Shown one piece after another: positions 43,072-52,740 of a DNA stretch of 64,000 nt (within the stretch, counting starts at the first letter, position 1; each line of letters begins with the position of its first letter). The position numbers and the translations under genes were made by a program. The stretch covers positions 3,103 to 67,102 of the forward strand of contig DYGD01000003.1 of NCBI GenBank assembly GCA_020724885.1. The letters are read 5' to 3'. The notes beneath the pieces are model-generated. The model was given only the letters and a program-made list of their open reading frames with translations, made no database searches and was not told the origin of the DNA. This DNA is from Candidatus Paceibacter sp. Lineage in GTDB: Bacteria > Patescibacteriota > Minisyncoccia > Phycocordibacterales > BOKC01.

Positions 43072-44643
43072 TTACACCAACTCCATTTTTTTCGGGCGGT
43101 ACTGGAGAGCTTCTAAAATATGCGGTTCTTTGATTTCCTCTGATTCTTCAAGGTCGGCGATGGTGCGGGAGAGTTTTAGCACTTTGTGATACGACCGCGC
43201 CGACAAGTCCAGCCGGCGGGCCATTTCATTAAATTTGTTTTTCAAATCATCCGGCAAGATAATTTGCTTTATCAAATCCTTGGCGCCAAGCGAGCTGTTG
43301 GTCCTGATGTTTTTTAAACCAAAATTCTCAAATCTTTTTTGTTGAAAATCTCTGGCTTTGACCACTCGCTCGCGAACCTTTTCCGTCTCACTCTCGCGCC
43401 GGCTTTCCGAAAGTTTTTCATAATCAATTTTGGCAACTTCAAGCCAGAGATCAATGCGGTCCATAATCGGCCCGGAAATTTTTCGCTGATATCGCTGGAT
43501 GTGCGAGGGTTGGCAAACGCATTCTTTGCCTTTGGTTCCGAAATTGCCACAAGGGCAAGGGTTCATCGCCGCCACCAAAATAAAATCAGCCGGGAACAAA
43601 GCCGAACCCTTGCTACGGGAAACATTTATAACTCTTTCTTCCAGGGGTTGTCTCAAGGACTCAACCACTCGCCGGTCAAATTCTGGAAATTCATCAAGAA
43701 AAAGCACCCCGCGGTGAGCCAAAGTGATTTCGCCCGGTTTAGGAATCGCGCCACCGCCTCCGACAACCGAAACATGGGAGGAAGTATGATGCGGGGCGCG
43801 GAAGGGCGGATGAATGACAAGTGTCTCCTGTAAAGAGCCGGCCACCGAATGAATGCCGGTAATTTCCAAAATTTCGTCAAAAGAAAGGGGCGGTAAAATA
43901 AAAGAAAAAGCTTTGGCTAGCATTGTTTTGCCGGTGCCGGGCGGGCCGTACATTGAGACATTGTGTCCACCGGCCGCCGCAATTTCCAATCCCCGCTTGG
44001 CGCTCTCCTGCCCTCGGACATCGGCAAAATCAATCGGGTAATGTCGCTCTTGGTAGACCACTTCGGTTTTTTTGCACGGTTCAATTTTGGCTTGCCAATG
44101 ATCTTCTTCAAATTTTTCACCCTGTTTTGTATTGATGTGAGAGATAACCTCTTTTAAAGTTTCAACGCCGAAAATCTTTATACCGCTAATCAAAGCGGCT
44201 TCGCGAGCGTTTTCTTTCGGCAAATAAATTTCTTCAAAACCGATTCTTTTGGCTTCTTGGGCAATTGGCAGAATACCTCTCATGGGTTGCAATTTTCCAT
44301 CCAAAGAAAGCTCGCCAACAAATAATTTTTTTGAAGGGTGAAATTTTATTTCTTGAGCGGCCAAAAGATACCCCAGAGCAATCGGCAAATCAAAAATCGG
44401 CCCCTCTTTTTTGAGATCGGCCGGGGAAAGAGAAACGATAACTTTTTGATTTTTGGTTTTTGGTGAAGTAAAGCCGGTGTTTTTAATTGCGGCGCTGACC
44501 CGGTCTTTTGATTCTTCCACTGCCTTGTCCGGCAGACCGACGATTGAAAAAGCGTTGAGTCCGCCGGAAAGATCAACTTCAACATTGATCATTCGGGCTT
44601 TGAGCAAGATGTTCTGGGCGCTTTGGACTTTTGCAAAAGCCAT
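43072..44643 (-). CDS. comM: YifB/ComM-family Mg-chelatase-like AAA+ ATPase
   Basis: 523 aa; Lon-like N-domain, Walker A GPPGTGKTMLAKAF, ChlI motifs. Confidence 0.85.
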   Translation of the reverse strand: MAFAKVQSAQNILLKARMINVEVDLSGGLNAFSIVGLPDKAVEESKDRVSAAIKNTGFTSPKTKNQKVIVSLSPADLKKEGPIFDLPIALGYLLAAQEIKFHPSKKLFVGELSLDGKLQPMRGILPIAQEAKRIGFEEIYLPKENAREAALISGIKIFGVETLKEVISHINTKQGEKFEEDHWQAKIEPCKKTEVVYQERHYPIDFADVRGQESAKRGLEIAAAGGHNVSMYGPPGTGKTMLAKAFSFILPPLSFDEILEITGIHSVAGSLQETLVIHPPFRAPHHTSSHVSVVGGGGAIPKPGEITLAHRGVLFLDEFPEFDRRVVESLRQPLEERVINVSRSKGSALFPADFILVAAMNPCPCGNFGTKGKECVCQPSHIQRYQRKISGPIMDRIDLWLEVAKIDYEKLSESRRESETEKVRERVVKARDFQQKRFENFGLKNIRTNSSLGAKDLIKQIILPDDLKNKFNEMARRLDLSARSYHKVLKLSRTIADLEESEEIKEPHILEALQYRPKKMELV

Positions 44644-44739
44644 GTTTAGTTTATAAGTTTCGCTTTGCTCCTAAGTTGGTAAGTTAAGAAACTTACAGCG
44701 AGCGAAGCGAGCGGAACTTACCAACTTTTAAATTACCAA

Positions 44740-45108
44740 CTACTCCATATGCTTCTTGCATGTCGCCGCGGCCGGATTGGCTTCCAAGCGGTCGCTTTCA
44801 ATCGGTTCGCCGGACACTTCGCAAAAACCATAACTGCCGCCTTCAATTTTTTGCAGAGCTTTTTTGACGTTATTGAAGCGGATTTCCAACTCATTCAAAA
44901 TACCGGCGTTTTCGCCGTAGGCCTCATAAGCGTCGGCTGTCTCGTTTGGGTCGGCAGCAACGTCTAATTTTTCTGGTTTAGCTTCCCAATCGTCCGGATT
45001 GTCGGGGTTGATTCGCCCGACGGTTTTCAACTCCTCAATCAGAAGGGTTTTTTCTTCCTCCAGTTTTTTTCGAAAATATTCAAAATCTATGTCGTTTCTT
45101 TTTTGCAT
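44740..45108 (-). CDS. DksA/TraR-family C4 zinc-finger protein
   Basis: Start at ATG 45108 (MQKRNDIDFEYFRKKLEEEK...); C-terminal CEVSGEPIESDRLEANPAAATCKKH zinc-finger pattern. Confidence 0.65.
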   Translation of the reverse strand: MQKRNDIDFEYFRKKLEEEKTLLIEELKTVGRINPDNPDDWEAKPEKLDVAADPNETADAYEAYGENAGILNELEIRFNNVKKALQKIEGGSYGFCEVSGEPIESDRLEANPAAATCKKHME

Positions 45109-45166
45109 TTGATTAATTTTACTTTTTATTGGCAGACATAGCAAGAGAGCATAAAATTTATGGACT

Positions 45167-45574
45167 TTAATTGAAGAGTAATAAGCCGTTTTTGCGATAA
45201 TGAGTGTCAAAACTAACTATTGCTTGAAAATTTCCCAAACGAAACAAGGCGATATTGGCAGCATCAACAAAACTAACATTTTTAGATCGCTGTGAACGAA
45301 AAATTTTTTTACTTTCCTCAAACAACCTTTCCGACGGATGAATGATGGTAATTTCTGCTCTTTCTGTATCGTTCATAAAGTGCCTAGCTACAGACTGGCT
45401 AACTCTCATAGACAAAACCGTTGTTATTTCGCCATAGACAAAAACTGAAAGAGCCAAATCCAGACCGCGCTCTTGGATTTTTTCAAGAACGGCCAAAGCT
45501 CGCTTATGGTTGCTGTCGTCCTTTTTATAAAGAGCGATGAAAAAATCGGCGTCAGCCAGCAATCTATTTTCCAT
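45167..45574 (-). CDS. vapC: PIN-domain toxin (VapC-like)
   Basis: MENRLLADADFFIALYKKDD...VSFVDAANIAL...SFDTHY: conserved PIN Asp residues; overlaps the upstream antitoxin by 11 nt. Confidence 0.6.
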   Translation of the reverse strand: MENRLLADADFFIALYKKDDSNHKRALAVLEKIQERGLDLALSVFVYGEITTVLSMRVSQSVARHFMNDTERAEITIIHPSERLFEESKKIFRSQRSKNVSFVDAANIALFRLGNFQAIVSFDTHYRKNGLLLFN

Positions 45575-45818
45575 AAAGATAAAAATCGTGCCTTTTAGAA
45601 AGGTCTTTTGGACCGCCTTTCCCGGCATGCTTTCGGGCGTTTTTTAACAATAAACTCGCATTAAAGTTTTTCTTTGGTTGGTAAAACTCCTTATGCTTCC
45701 AGGCGCGCAACATATCGCGAAAAAATTCGCTTTTGGTGCCGTATCGCCCTTGTTTGATTTCCTGTTCAATCTCTTGATAGAGATGGTCAGGCATAGAAAT
45801 GTTAACAACTTTTCTCAT
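45564..45818 (-). CDS. ribbon-helix-helix (CopG/ParD-like) antitoxin
   Basis: KVVNISMPDHLYQEIEQEIKQGRYGTKSEFFRDMLRAW RHH signature; directly upstream of and overlapping the PIN gene. Confidence 0.55.
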   Translation of the reverse strand: MRKVVNISMPDHLYQEIEQEIKQGRYGTKSEFFRDMLRAWKHKEFYQPKKNFNASLLLKNARKHAGKGGPKDLSKRHDFYLYGK

Positions 45819-45934
45819 ATAAAGGTATTGTAGTGTTTTGTATTACAGAAGTCAATCATCACTTGTGGACTTCCGAAGTCCGAAAGCAGGTGATTTACAT
45901 GAGTGACATTCGTAGTGTCGTAACCCCGCCCCAG

Positions 45935-46006
45935 TTTTGTAAGCAAAACTGGGGCGGGACGTTAAACAATGAAAAAGACCGCGACGGTGGAACCGCGCGG
46001 TCTTGC
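45935..46006 (-). terminator. tandem hairpins; the proximal one plus T-run terminates the island pilin gene
   Basis: CCCGCCCCAGTTTTG-taagc-AAAACTGGGGCGGG (45935-45968) and AAGACCGCG-acggtggaac-CGCGCGGTCTT (45975-46006), followed on the minus strand by TTTTTCATTGTTT. Confidence 0.55.
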
Positions 46007-46027
46007 AAGGAGCGTTCCAGGGGATCT

Positions 46028-46462
46028 TCACTCGTCGCCGGATTCGGATTCAGCGACGAGTGTCCGAAGGCGCTGAAGATGATTGTCCAGCGCTCGCACC
46101 CATTCCTCGCTCGGCAACTCGCCGTCGCCTCGGGGAATTATTTCCCACTGGTGCCCTCTGCTCTGAACGGGTAGGATTACCCTTACCGCCAAAGTTCGGG
46201 GGTTGAGATGAAAGACCTCCACCTCATCTCCACTGAACTGGAAGAAGAAGTAGATCGGGCGATCGGGGAGAGCCGTGTTCCGGAGCAGATCTCCGGTCTG
46301 AATCTCGGCCCACTGCTCGCCGTGCTCCTCCACGATCTTCTGCCTGACCTCATCCGGAGTGGGGGCAGGATCCTTGAACATTGTCGTGGCAAGCAAGCCG
46401 AGGATTGTCACGATCAGGACAAGAACCACCAATTCGGGCAGGGTGAATCCGCGCTTCATCAC
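46028..46462 (-). CDS. type IV pilin / pseudopilin with class III (prepilin) signal peptide, encoded in a G+C-rich island
   Basis: MMKRG|FTLPELVVLVLIVTILGLLATT: textbook prepilin-peptidase site with Glu+5 and hydrophobic helix; 144 aa; local G+C visibly far above flanks. Confidence 0.65.
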   Translation of the reverse strand: MMKRGFTLPELVVLVLIVTILGLLATTMFKDPAPTPDEVRQKIVEEHGEQWAEIQTGDLLRNTALPDRPIYFFFQFSGDEVEVFHLNPRTLAVRVILPVQSRGHQWEIIPRGDGELPSEEWVRALDNHLQRLRTLVAESESGDE

Positions 46463-46672
46463 CTATCTCCTTGCTTTGGGTGTGGCAACAAGCCAAAACC
46501 CAGTTTGCGTCCGGTTGAAATACTAGCAAATTTAGTCTAAAAAGTCAAGCTGGTTTGGTAATGTGCACACACTTTTAAGGATAGCTGTTTTCAGCCCCCC
46601 TTTTTAGCGACACGTGTCGGCAAAAGGGGAGAGAAAAAAAGGGGGTGTGAAAATTTATGGTAAAGAATCGGA

Positions 46673-47644
46673 TTATCTGTGGGCTAGCAAAAACCTGTCC
46701 AGAATTTCCCGAAAAGTTTCTATTTCGTCGGTGATTAAAAGATGGCGATTGTCCAAAAACGAATACAAAACAATCGTCTCGCCGGCGCGCCCTCGCAAAA
46801 TTCTCAAGTCGCGGTTTCTGACTGTCGTGTCTTCAAAGTTTTCCCTCGCTTCCCCGCTTTTAGCGATTAAATCCCGCAAATCTCCCGCCAAATTTTTCTC
46901 CCAAGCAAGCATACCGGCAAAAGTATGCTCAAAGGACTCAATTTCCAGAATTAAAAACGGCGAAATATTTTCTTTGGCGAAGAAACCAAAAGTTATCTTC
47001 TCGCCCAAGGCCCGCAGTAAAGACGGCGGCGCGCCCCTTGCTGATATTTCCAGAAAAGTTTCAGCGTTTAGGGAAACATCCATTGTCGTTGCCTGTTGGG
47101 TCAGGTAAAGAATATTGATGCCGGAGTCGTCTGCCGTGTTGGCCGATTCGTTTCTTATGACCCCGACCAAATTTTCTCGGTTGAGTTCGGCCAGCGGAAC
47201 AATTCTCACTAAATCGCCACGGATGATTGTGTCGGCGGGTATTGTTCTTTCCACTGGAATTTCTTTAACCACTTTTTTGTTTTGAATAATCCGCGCCACT
47301 TGGAAAGATAGCAAAATACCACCCAACACAACCAAAAAAACCAAGCCGAAAACGGCAACTTTTTTGACCGTGGAATAATCGGATGCCCGACGCTCTATAT
47401 CCGGTGTCGGTTTTTTGCTTTTTTCTTTCGCCTGCTCTTTTTCTTCTCTTTTCTTTTGCTCTTCCAGCCGGACTTTGGTTTGCGAGGCCTCTTTTTCCCG
47501 GACTAACTCGGCCAAATCCCGCTCGTAGGTTCGGATTGGTTTTACCGCGCGAAAATAGTTTTCTTGTTCAGGAGAAATACCGCCTGCTTTTGTGGCGGAT
47601 CTATTGTCAGGTTCTGGAACTTTGCGCAGGTTTTCCGGAGGCAT
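46673..47644 (-). CDS. single-pass membrane protein, function unknown (323 aa)
   Basis: Charged N-terminus, one TM (VAVFGLVFLVVLGGILLSF), large C-terminal domain; 3' of pnp on the same strand. Confidence 0.5.
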   Translation of the reverse strand: MPPENLRKVPEPDNRSATKAGGISPEQENYFRAVKPIRTYERDLAELVREKEASQTKVRLEEQKKREEKEQAKEKSKKPTPDIERRASDYSTVKKVAVFGLVFLVVLGGILLSFQVARIIQNKKVVKEIPVERTIPADTIIRGDLVRIVPLAELNRENLVGVIRNESANTADDSGINILYLTQQATTMDVSLNAETFLEISARGAPPSLLRALGEKITFGFFAKENISPFLILEIESFEHTFAGMLAWEKNLAGDLRDLIAKSGEARENFEDTTVRNRDLRILRGRAGETIVLYSFLDNRHLLITDEIETFREILDRFLLAHR

Positions 47645-49763
47645 TGTGGTTTGGATTTGAAAGTTTGTTTTTTATGAAATCCGGATCGGTGTCTTTGAGT
47701 GAAAGCTTGATCCGATCGCGTTCGTCAATTTCTTTAATTATAACAGGTATTTTTTCTCCCAAACTCAAGACGTTTTCAACTTTTTCAATCCTCATCGGAG
47801 CGATTTCGGAAATGTGAAGCAGGCCTTCGGTATTGGCGCCGATTTTTACAAAGGCGCCGAATTCAACGATTTTGGTTATCTCGCCGATAAATTTTTCACC
47901 AGCCAAATATTCTCTGGTCATTTCTCGGATAATGATGGCGGCTTTTTCGGCCGAGCCGTTTTTGCCGGTGATAAAGACCGAGCCGTCGTCTTCTATGTCA
48001 ATTTCAACTTGAGTTGTGTCTTTTATTTGGTTGATGGTCTTGCCGCCGGAGCCGATGACTAGACCAATTTGATCGGGTTTTATTTTAACAATCACAATTT
48101 CCGGCGCGTTGGGAGAAATTTTTTCTCTAGGACTGGCAATTTCGGCTTCAATTTTATCCAAGATTTGCATTCGCGCCTCGCGACCGCGTTGCAAGGCCTC
48201 AATCAAAACCGAAACCGGCACGCCGTGGACTTTCACGTCCATTTGAACGGCGGTGATTCCTTCTCTGGTGCCGGCGACTTTAAAATCCATATCGCCGTGA
48301 TGATCTTCCGGCCCCTGAATATCCGTCAAAATCTTATATCTTTTCTCATCTTCCATCATCAACCCCATAGCAATACCGGCAACTGGCCGCTTTATCGGCA
48401 CGCCGCCATCCATAAGCGCCAAGGCGCCGGCGCAGACGGAAGCCATTGAAGTAGAACCATTGGAAGCCAGGCACTCCGAGACCAGACGAATGGTGTATGG
48501 GAATTCTTCTTTGTTTGGTAGAACGGCTGAAAGAGCTTTTTCAGCCAGAGCGCCATGGCCGACCATCCGCCGGTTGAAACCGCCGACCCGGCCGGTTTCT
48601 CCGGTGGAAAAAGGCGGAAAATTGTAATGATGCATAAACCTCTTCTGGGTTTGGAATTCCATAGCGTCTATTACTTGCGAATCGCCAGGACCACCCAAAG
48701 TCAATACTGACAAAACATGGGTGCCGCCCCGATAGAAAACGCCCGAGCCGTGTAGTATCGGCGAAATTCCGCCGGCTTTGGCAAAAAGCGGTCGGATTTC
48801 ATCAATTTTTCGCCCGTCAGCTCGCTTCTCGTTCTCTATGGCTTCTTGATGAATCAGTTCGTTCACTCTTTCTTCAAAGTATTCTTTGGCTAAATTTACA
48901 TCAGTGTCAGGTACTTTTTCTAAGAAAATTTCAAGCCAAATTTCAGAGAGTTCCGAGATTTTTTCCTTTTGGCCGCTAAATATGTATTCCGGCATTTTTT
49001 CGGCGATGTTTTCATTGAAAGTCCGTATTAATTGCTCCGGAAACTCAACTTTTTCCACTACAATTTTTTCCTGCCCGATTTCTTTAATGATGCTCCTCTG
49101 GAATTGTTGTAATTTCTCAATCTCTGAAAGAGCCAATTCAAAGGCCTCGGCTAGTTCTCCCTCTTTTACTTCCAAAGCTCCGACTTCAATCATATTGATA
49201 CTACCTTCTTTACCACAACATAAAATATCAGCTTGATATTCTGCCCCATCGCGGTTTTGGTAGGTCGGATTGATTTCAGGCTGGTTATTTTGTTTGTTTT
49301 TTCCGAGGCGGACGGCGCTGACCGGTCCGTTCCAAGGAATTTTGGAAGTTCCGAGTGCCAGTGACGCGCCGATCACCGATAAGACATCGGGGTCGTATTC
49401 GCCAAGCGAGAGCACGTTAATAATTACCTGCACTTCGTGCCGGATATGTTGTTCAAAAAGAGGCCTGATTGTCCGATCCACAATCCGGCCGGAAAGGATG
49501 GCCTCTTCAGTCGGTCGTCCTTCGCGGCGGGTGTATCGGCTGCCCAAAATCTTGCCGGCGGCATAGAATTTTTCTTCAAAATCAACAGTTAGCGGGAAAA
49601 AGTCGGTATTGTCTTTGGGAAATTTTGAAATGACGGCGGTAGCCAGAACCACCGTATCTCCCATTCTGACAAAAACCGAACCATTGGCCTGGTCTGCTAA
49701 ATCATTAAATTCTACCGAGAGTTTTTGCCCGGCTATGTCCAAAAAATACTCTTTCTTATTCAT
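47607..49763 (-). CDS. pnp: polyribonucleotide nucleotidyltransferase (PNPase)
   Basis: 718 aa; two RNase PH domains, KH and S1 C-terminal domains (GKTINQIKD..., GEKFIGEITKIVEFGAFVKI). Confidence 0.9.
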   Translation of the reverse strand: MNKKEYFLDIAGQKLSVEFNDLADQANGSVFVRMGDTVVLATAVISKFPKDNTDFFPLTVDFEEKFYAAGKILGSRYTRREGRPTEEAILSGRIVDRTIRPLFEQHIRHEVQVIINVLSLGEYDPDVLSVIGASLALGTSKIPWNGPVSAVRLGKNKQNNQPEINPTYQNRDGAEYQADILCCGKEGSINMIEVGALEVKEGELAEAFELALSEIEKLQQFQRSIIKEIGQEKIVVEKVEFPEQLIRTFNENIAEKMPEYIFSGQKEKISELSEIWLEIFLEKVPDTDVNLAKEYFEERVNELIHQEAIENEKRADGRKIDEIRPLFAKAGGISPILHGSGVFYRGGTHVLSVLTLGGPGDSQVIDAMEFQTQKRFMHHYNFPPFSTGETGRVGGFNRRMVGHGALAEKALSAVLPNKEEFPYTIRLVSECLASNGSTSMASVCAGALALMDGGVPIKRPVAGIAMGLMMEDEKRYKILTDIQGPEDHHGDMDFKVAGTREGITAVQMDVKVHGVPVSVLIEALQRGREARMQILDKIEAEIASPREKISPNAPEIVIVKIKPDQIGLVIGSGGKTINQIKDTTQVEIDIEDDGSVFITGKNGSAEKAAIIIREMTREYLAGEKFIGEITKIVEFGAFVKIGANTEGLLHISEIAPMRIEKVENVLSLGEKIPVIIKEIDERDRIKLSLKDTDPDFIKNKLSNPNHNASGKPAQSSRT

Positions 49764-50059
49764 TGTCTTTTTGTCTGCGCGCTAAGTTTGGTGGTGCGAG
49801 ATTAGCTCGCCCCCAGATTCTAGAGAGAAATCGAATTTTAAACCGATTTCACGCTATTTATCCGAAGACCAGCTGGTTATTGATAACGAAATCAATATAT
49901 CAAATTATCCACCTACTGGCCAATTACTGGATTACCGTTATTTATTTTTGGTATACTGATAGTCAGGTATCTTTATTAAGAGGTCGAATAAATTATCAGC
50001 TACTTCTCTTGCGCGTGAGTAAGCTTTTGTTTGGCTAATCCTCGGGCGAGAGATAAAAA

Positions 50060-50314
50060 ATGAAAAACAACGCTTTAAATTGGATCGCTTGGCTTTTGGT
50101 GGTTGTCGGAGCTCTTAATTGGGGGCTCGTCGGCCTCGGTTCTTTCTTGGGTGGAAACTGGAATCTTGTAAACTGGATTCTCGGCAGTTGGCCGGTTGTT
50201 GAAAACTTGGTTTATCTTTTGGTTGGTGTTGCTGGCGTTCTGTTTATTTTCAGCGGCAGATGCCGAACCTGTATGCCGAAGAGTTCTCAAGGTGGTTCAG
50301 CGCCGATGGCTTAG
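50060..50314 (+). CDS. DUF378-family small membrane protein
   Basis: WIAWLLVVVGALNWGLVGL...NLVYLLVGVAGV two-helix signature. Confidence 0.6.
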   Translation: MKNNALNWIAWLLVVVGALNWGLVGLGSFLGGNWNLVNWILGSWPVVENLVYLLVGVAGVLFIFSGRCRTCMPKSSQGGSAPMA

Positions 50315-50441
50315 GTCATTTTGGATTATAAACCGTTGTTGTCCCAGCTTGGCCACTTTATTATGGCCAAGCTGGGGGGCGCGGTATTTTTTAACTTCTG
50401 TGCCGCAAATTTAAGATGCGGCCATTACAGAGCCAGAAAAA

Positions 50442-51647
50442 ATGTTGGGCCAAATCGCCGGCTTGTCTTTTGAAAAGGACGAGGTCGGCAGTGAAATTTT
50501 AGATAATTTGATCAAAGAGGCGTTCAAGCTAAACGCTTCTGATATTCATATTGACCCAACCCCCAGTGGTTTAAGTGTTAGATTCAGAATAGACGGTAGC
50601 CTGCATCGGCTACCGTCTATTCATTTGGAAAGACACCCCGAAATTGTTTCCAGGATAAAAATTTTGGCTGGTTTGCGAATTGATGAGCATCGCAAAGCGC
50701 AAGACGGCAGAATAAGATTTGATTTGATTGGTAGCGATGGGTTTGTTGATATCAGAATCTCAACTGCGCCATCTTATCATGGGGAAAGCGTGGTATTAAG
50801 AATGCTTTATGATAAAGATGAAGCGATGAGTTTGCAGTCATTGGGTTTTAGTGAGTCCAATTTAGCCAAAATAAAGAGGGCGATGGGTAAAACAGGTGGG
50901 ATGATTTTGGCTACCGGCCCGACTGGTAGTGGCAAAACAACAACACTTTATTCTATTCTCAAAGAATTAAATACGGAAGATGCCTCTATTATCACAATTG
51001 AAGAGCCGATTGAGTATTCCATTCACGGAATTAGGCAGATTCAGGTTGATTATGGCAGTCAGATGAATTTTGCCAATGGCTTGCGTTCAATTTTAAGGCA
51101 AGACCCGAACATTATTATGGTCGGGGAAATTCGTGATCGGGAAACGGCGGCCATTGCGGTTAACGCGGCTTTGACTGGACACCTTCTTCTCTCAACCTTG
51201 CATACCAATGACGCCGCCTCTGCTCTGCCTCGTCTTATGGATATGGGTATTGAACCTTTCCTTTTGGCTTCAACTTTCAATTTGGCGATTAACCAGCGGT
51301 TGGTTAAAAAAATTTGTTTGAATTGCCGAACGAAGTTTGATGTCGGGGATTCGCAGAGAAAAACACTAGAAGAACTACTTAACAAATCTTTGCGAGACAT
51401 TGTGTTTTACAAAGGACTTGGTTGCGATCGCTGTCATCAAAGTGGCTATTCTGGTCGGACTTTGGTTGCCGAAGTTCTGGCTCTTAATGAAGAGATTCGT
51501 CGTCTGATAGTTGAGAAAAAAACTGCTGGCGAGATTAGGCAGAGAGCGGTCAAAAACGGCATGCCCCCGCTTTTAAGCGACGGCATTGCCAAGGCCTCGC
51601 TTGGTATTACAAGCTTGGAAGAGGCCCTGCGGGTTGGTTATGAGTAA
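50442..51647 (+). CDS. short-form PilB/GspE/ComGA-like pilus assembly ATPase
   Basis: 401 aa; Walker A ATGPTGSGKTTTLYSIL, Asp/His boxes, C-terminal tetra-Cys CLNCRT...CDRCHQSGYSGR. Confidence 0.8.
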   Translation: MLGQIAGLSFEKDEVGSEILDNLIKEAFKLNASDIHIDPTPSGLSVRFRIDGSLHRLPSIHLERHPEIVSRIKILAGLRIDEHRKAQDGRIRFDLIGSDGFVDIRISTAPSYHGESVVLRMLYDKDEAMSLQSLGFSESNLAKIKRAMGKTGGMILATGPTGSGKTTTLYSILKELNTEDASIITIEEPIEYSIHGIRQIQVDYGSQMNFANGLRSILRQDPNIIMVGEIRDRETAAIAVNAALTGHLLLSTLHTNDAASALPRLMDMGIEPFLLASTFNLAINQRLVKKICLNCRTKFDVGDSQRKTLEELLNKSLRDIVFYKGLGCDRCHQSGYSGRTLVAEVLALNEEIRRLIVEKKTAGEIRQRAVKNGMPPLLSDGIAKASLGITSLEEALRVGYE

Positions 51648-52725
51648 TTTATTTGAAAGGTTACAAAGTCGTCTTATCGCCGGAAGAAAAATCGGGCTTT
51701 CTGATCAGCTTGATTTTGCCGACCGGCTTTCTTTTCTTCTGAATTCCGACGTACCGATTCTTGAGGCGCTGAAAATTCTGGAGAATCAAACCGGGGATCT
51801 TCGCCGTAAAAATTTTTACCGGCAAATCGCCGGGGAAATTGCTCTCGGTAAATCTTTTTCTAAAAGTATCAGTCCTTTTGTCAGCAATTTTTTTCTTGGA
51901 GTCGTGGAAGCGGGACAGTCAGGTGGTTTTTTGGGCGCTAACCTGAAATATTTGTCTGACGAACTCAAACGAAAAAAAACAATGCGAAAAAAAGTAATTC
52001 AGGCCCTTGTCTATCCATCTTTCATCGCTTTAGCGACTCTGGCAATTGTCTCTTTTCTTTTGGTCTACATTTTCCCAAAAATCTTGCCGGTGGTCAGAGG
52101 TCTAAATATGGAATTGCCGTATTCCACCCGTTTACTTGTCGCAATAAGCGGTTTTATTTCAAACTTTGGGTTTTATTTTGTCTTGGGAGTCGTTGTTGTC
52201 GTAGTGGTGTTTGTTTTGGCAGTTAGGAAAAATAAAAAATTTAGATTTTCGGTCCATCGGCTAGCTTGGCGTTTGCCGATTTTGGGCAAAATTCACCAGG
52301 ACCTTCTGTTAGCAAATTTTTGCCGGTCTTTTGGGATGCTTTTGGGTAGTGGTTTACCGGCTGATCGGGCGCTTAAATTCAGTTTTTCGTCAGCCAATAA
52401 TCTTTTTATTCGCGCGAAACTATCAGAGATGGAAAAGGCGGTTGCTTGCGGCGCCACGATTTCCGCTTTTTTGTTGGCTGAGCATAAAATTTTTCCGTCA
52501 CAAATTGGAGAGATGGCGGCGGTTGGCGAGCGCACCGGAAATCTTTCATTGGTTTTTATAAACCTCGGAGATTTCTACAGCGAGCAGTTCTCTGATCGGG
52601 TCAAAAATATATCGGCCGTTATTGAACCCGGGCTTCTGGTCCTTGCCGGCCTCATTGTCGGTTTTGTTGCCGTATCAATCATCGCGCCAGTTTATGAGAT
52701 TACGCACGGTTTGCAAAAAAGATAG
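51640..52725 (+). CDS. single-domain GspF/PilC/ComGB-like pilus platform protein
   Basis: Start at ATG 51640 overlapping the ATPase stop; T2SS-F domain with three TM segments. Confidence 0.7.
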   Translation: MSNLFERLQSRLIAGRKIGLSDQLDFADRLSFLLNSDVPILEALKILENQTGDLRRKNFYRQIAGEIALGKSFSKSISPFVSNFFLGVVEAGQSGGFLGANLKYLSDELKRKKTMRKKVIQALVYPSFIALATLAIVSFLLVYIFPKILPVVRGLNMELPYSTRLLVAISGFISNFGFYFVLGVVVVVVVFVLAVRKNKKFRFSVHRLAWRLPILGKIHQDLLLANFCRSFGMLLGSGLPADRALKFSFSSANNLFIRAKLSEMEKAVACGATISAFLLAEHKIFPSQIGEMAAVGERTGNLSLVFINLGDFYSEQFSDRVKNISAVIEPGLLVLAGLIVGFVAVSIIAPVYEITHGLQKR

Positions 52726-52740
52726 ATTTCACCATCCACT

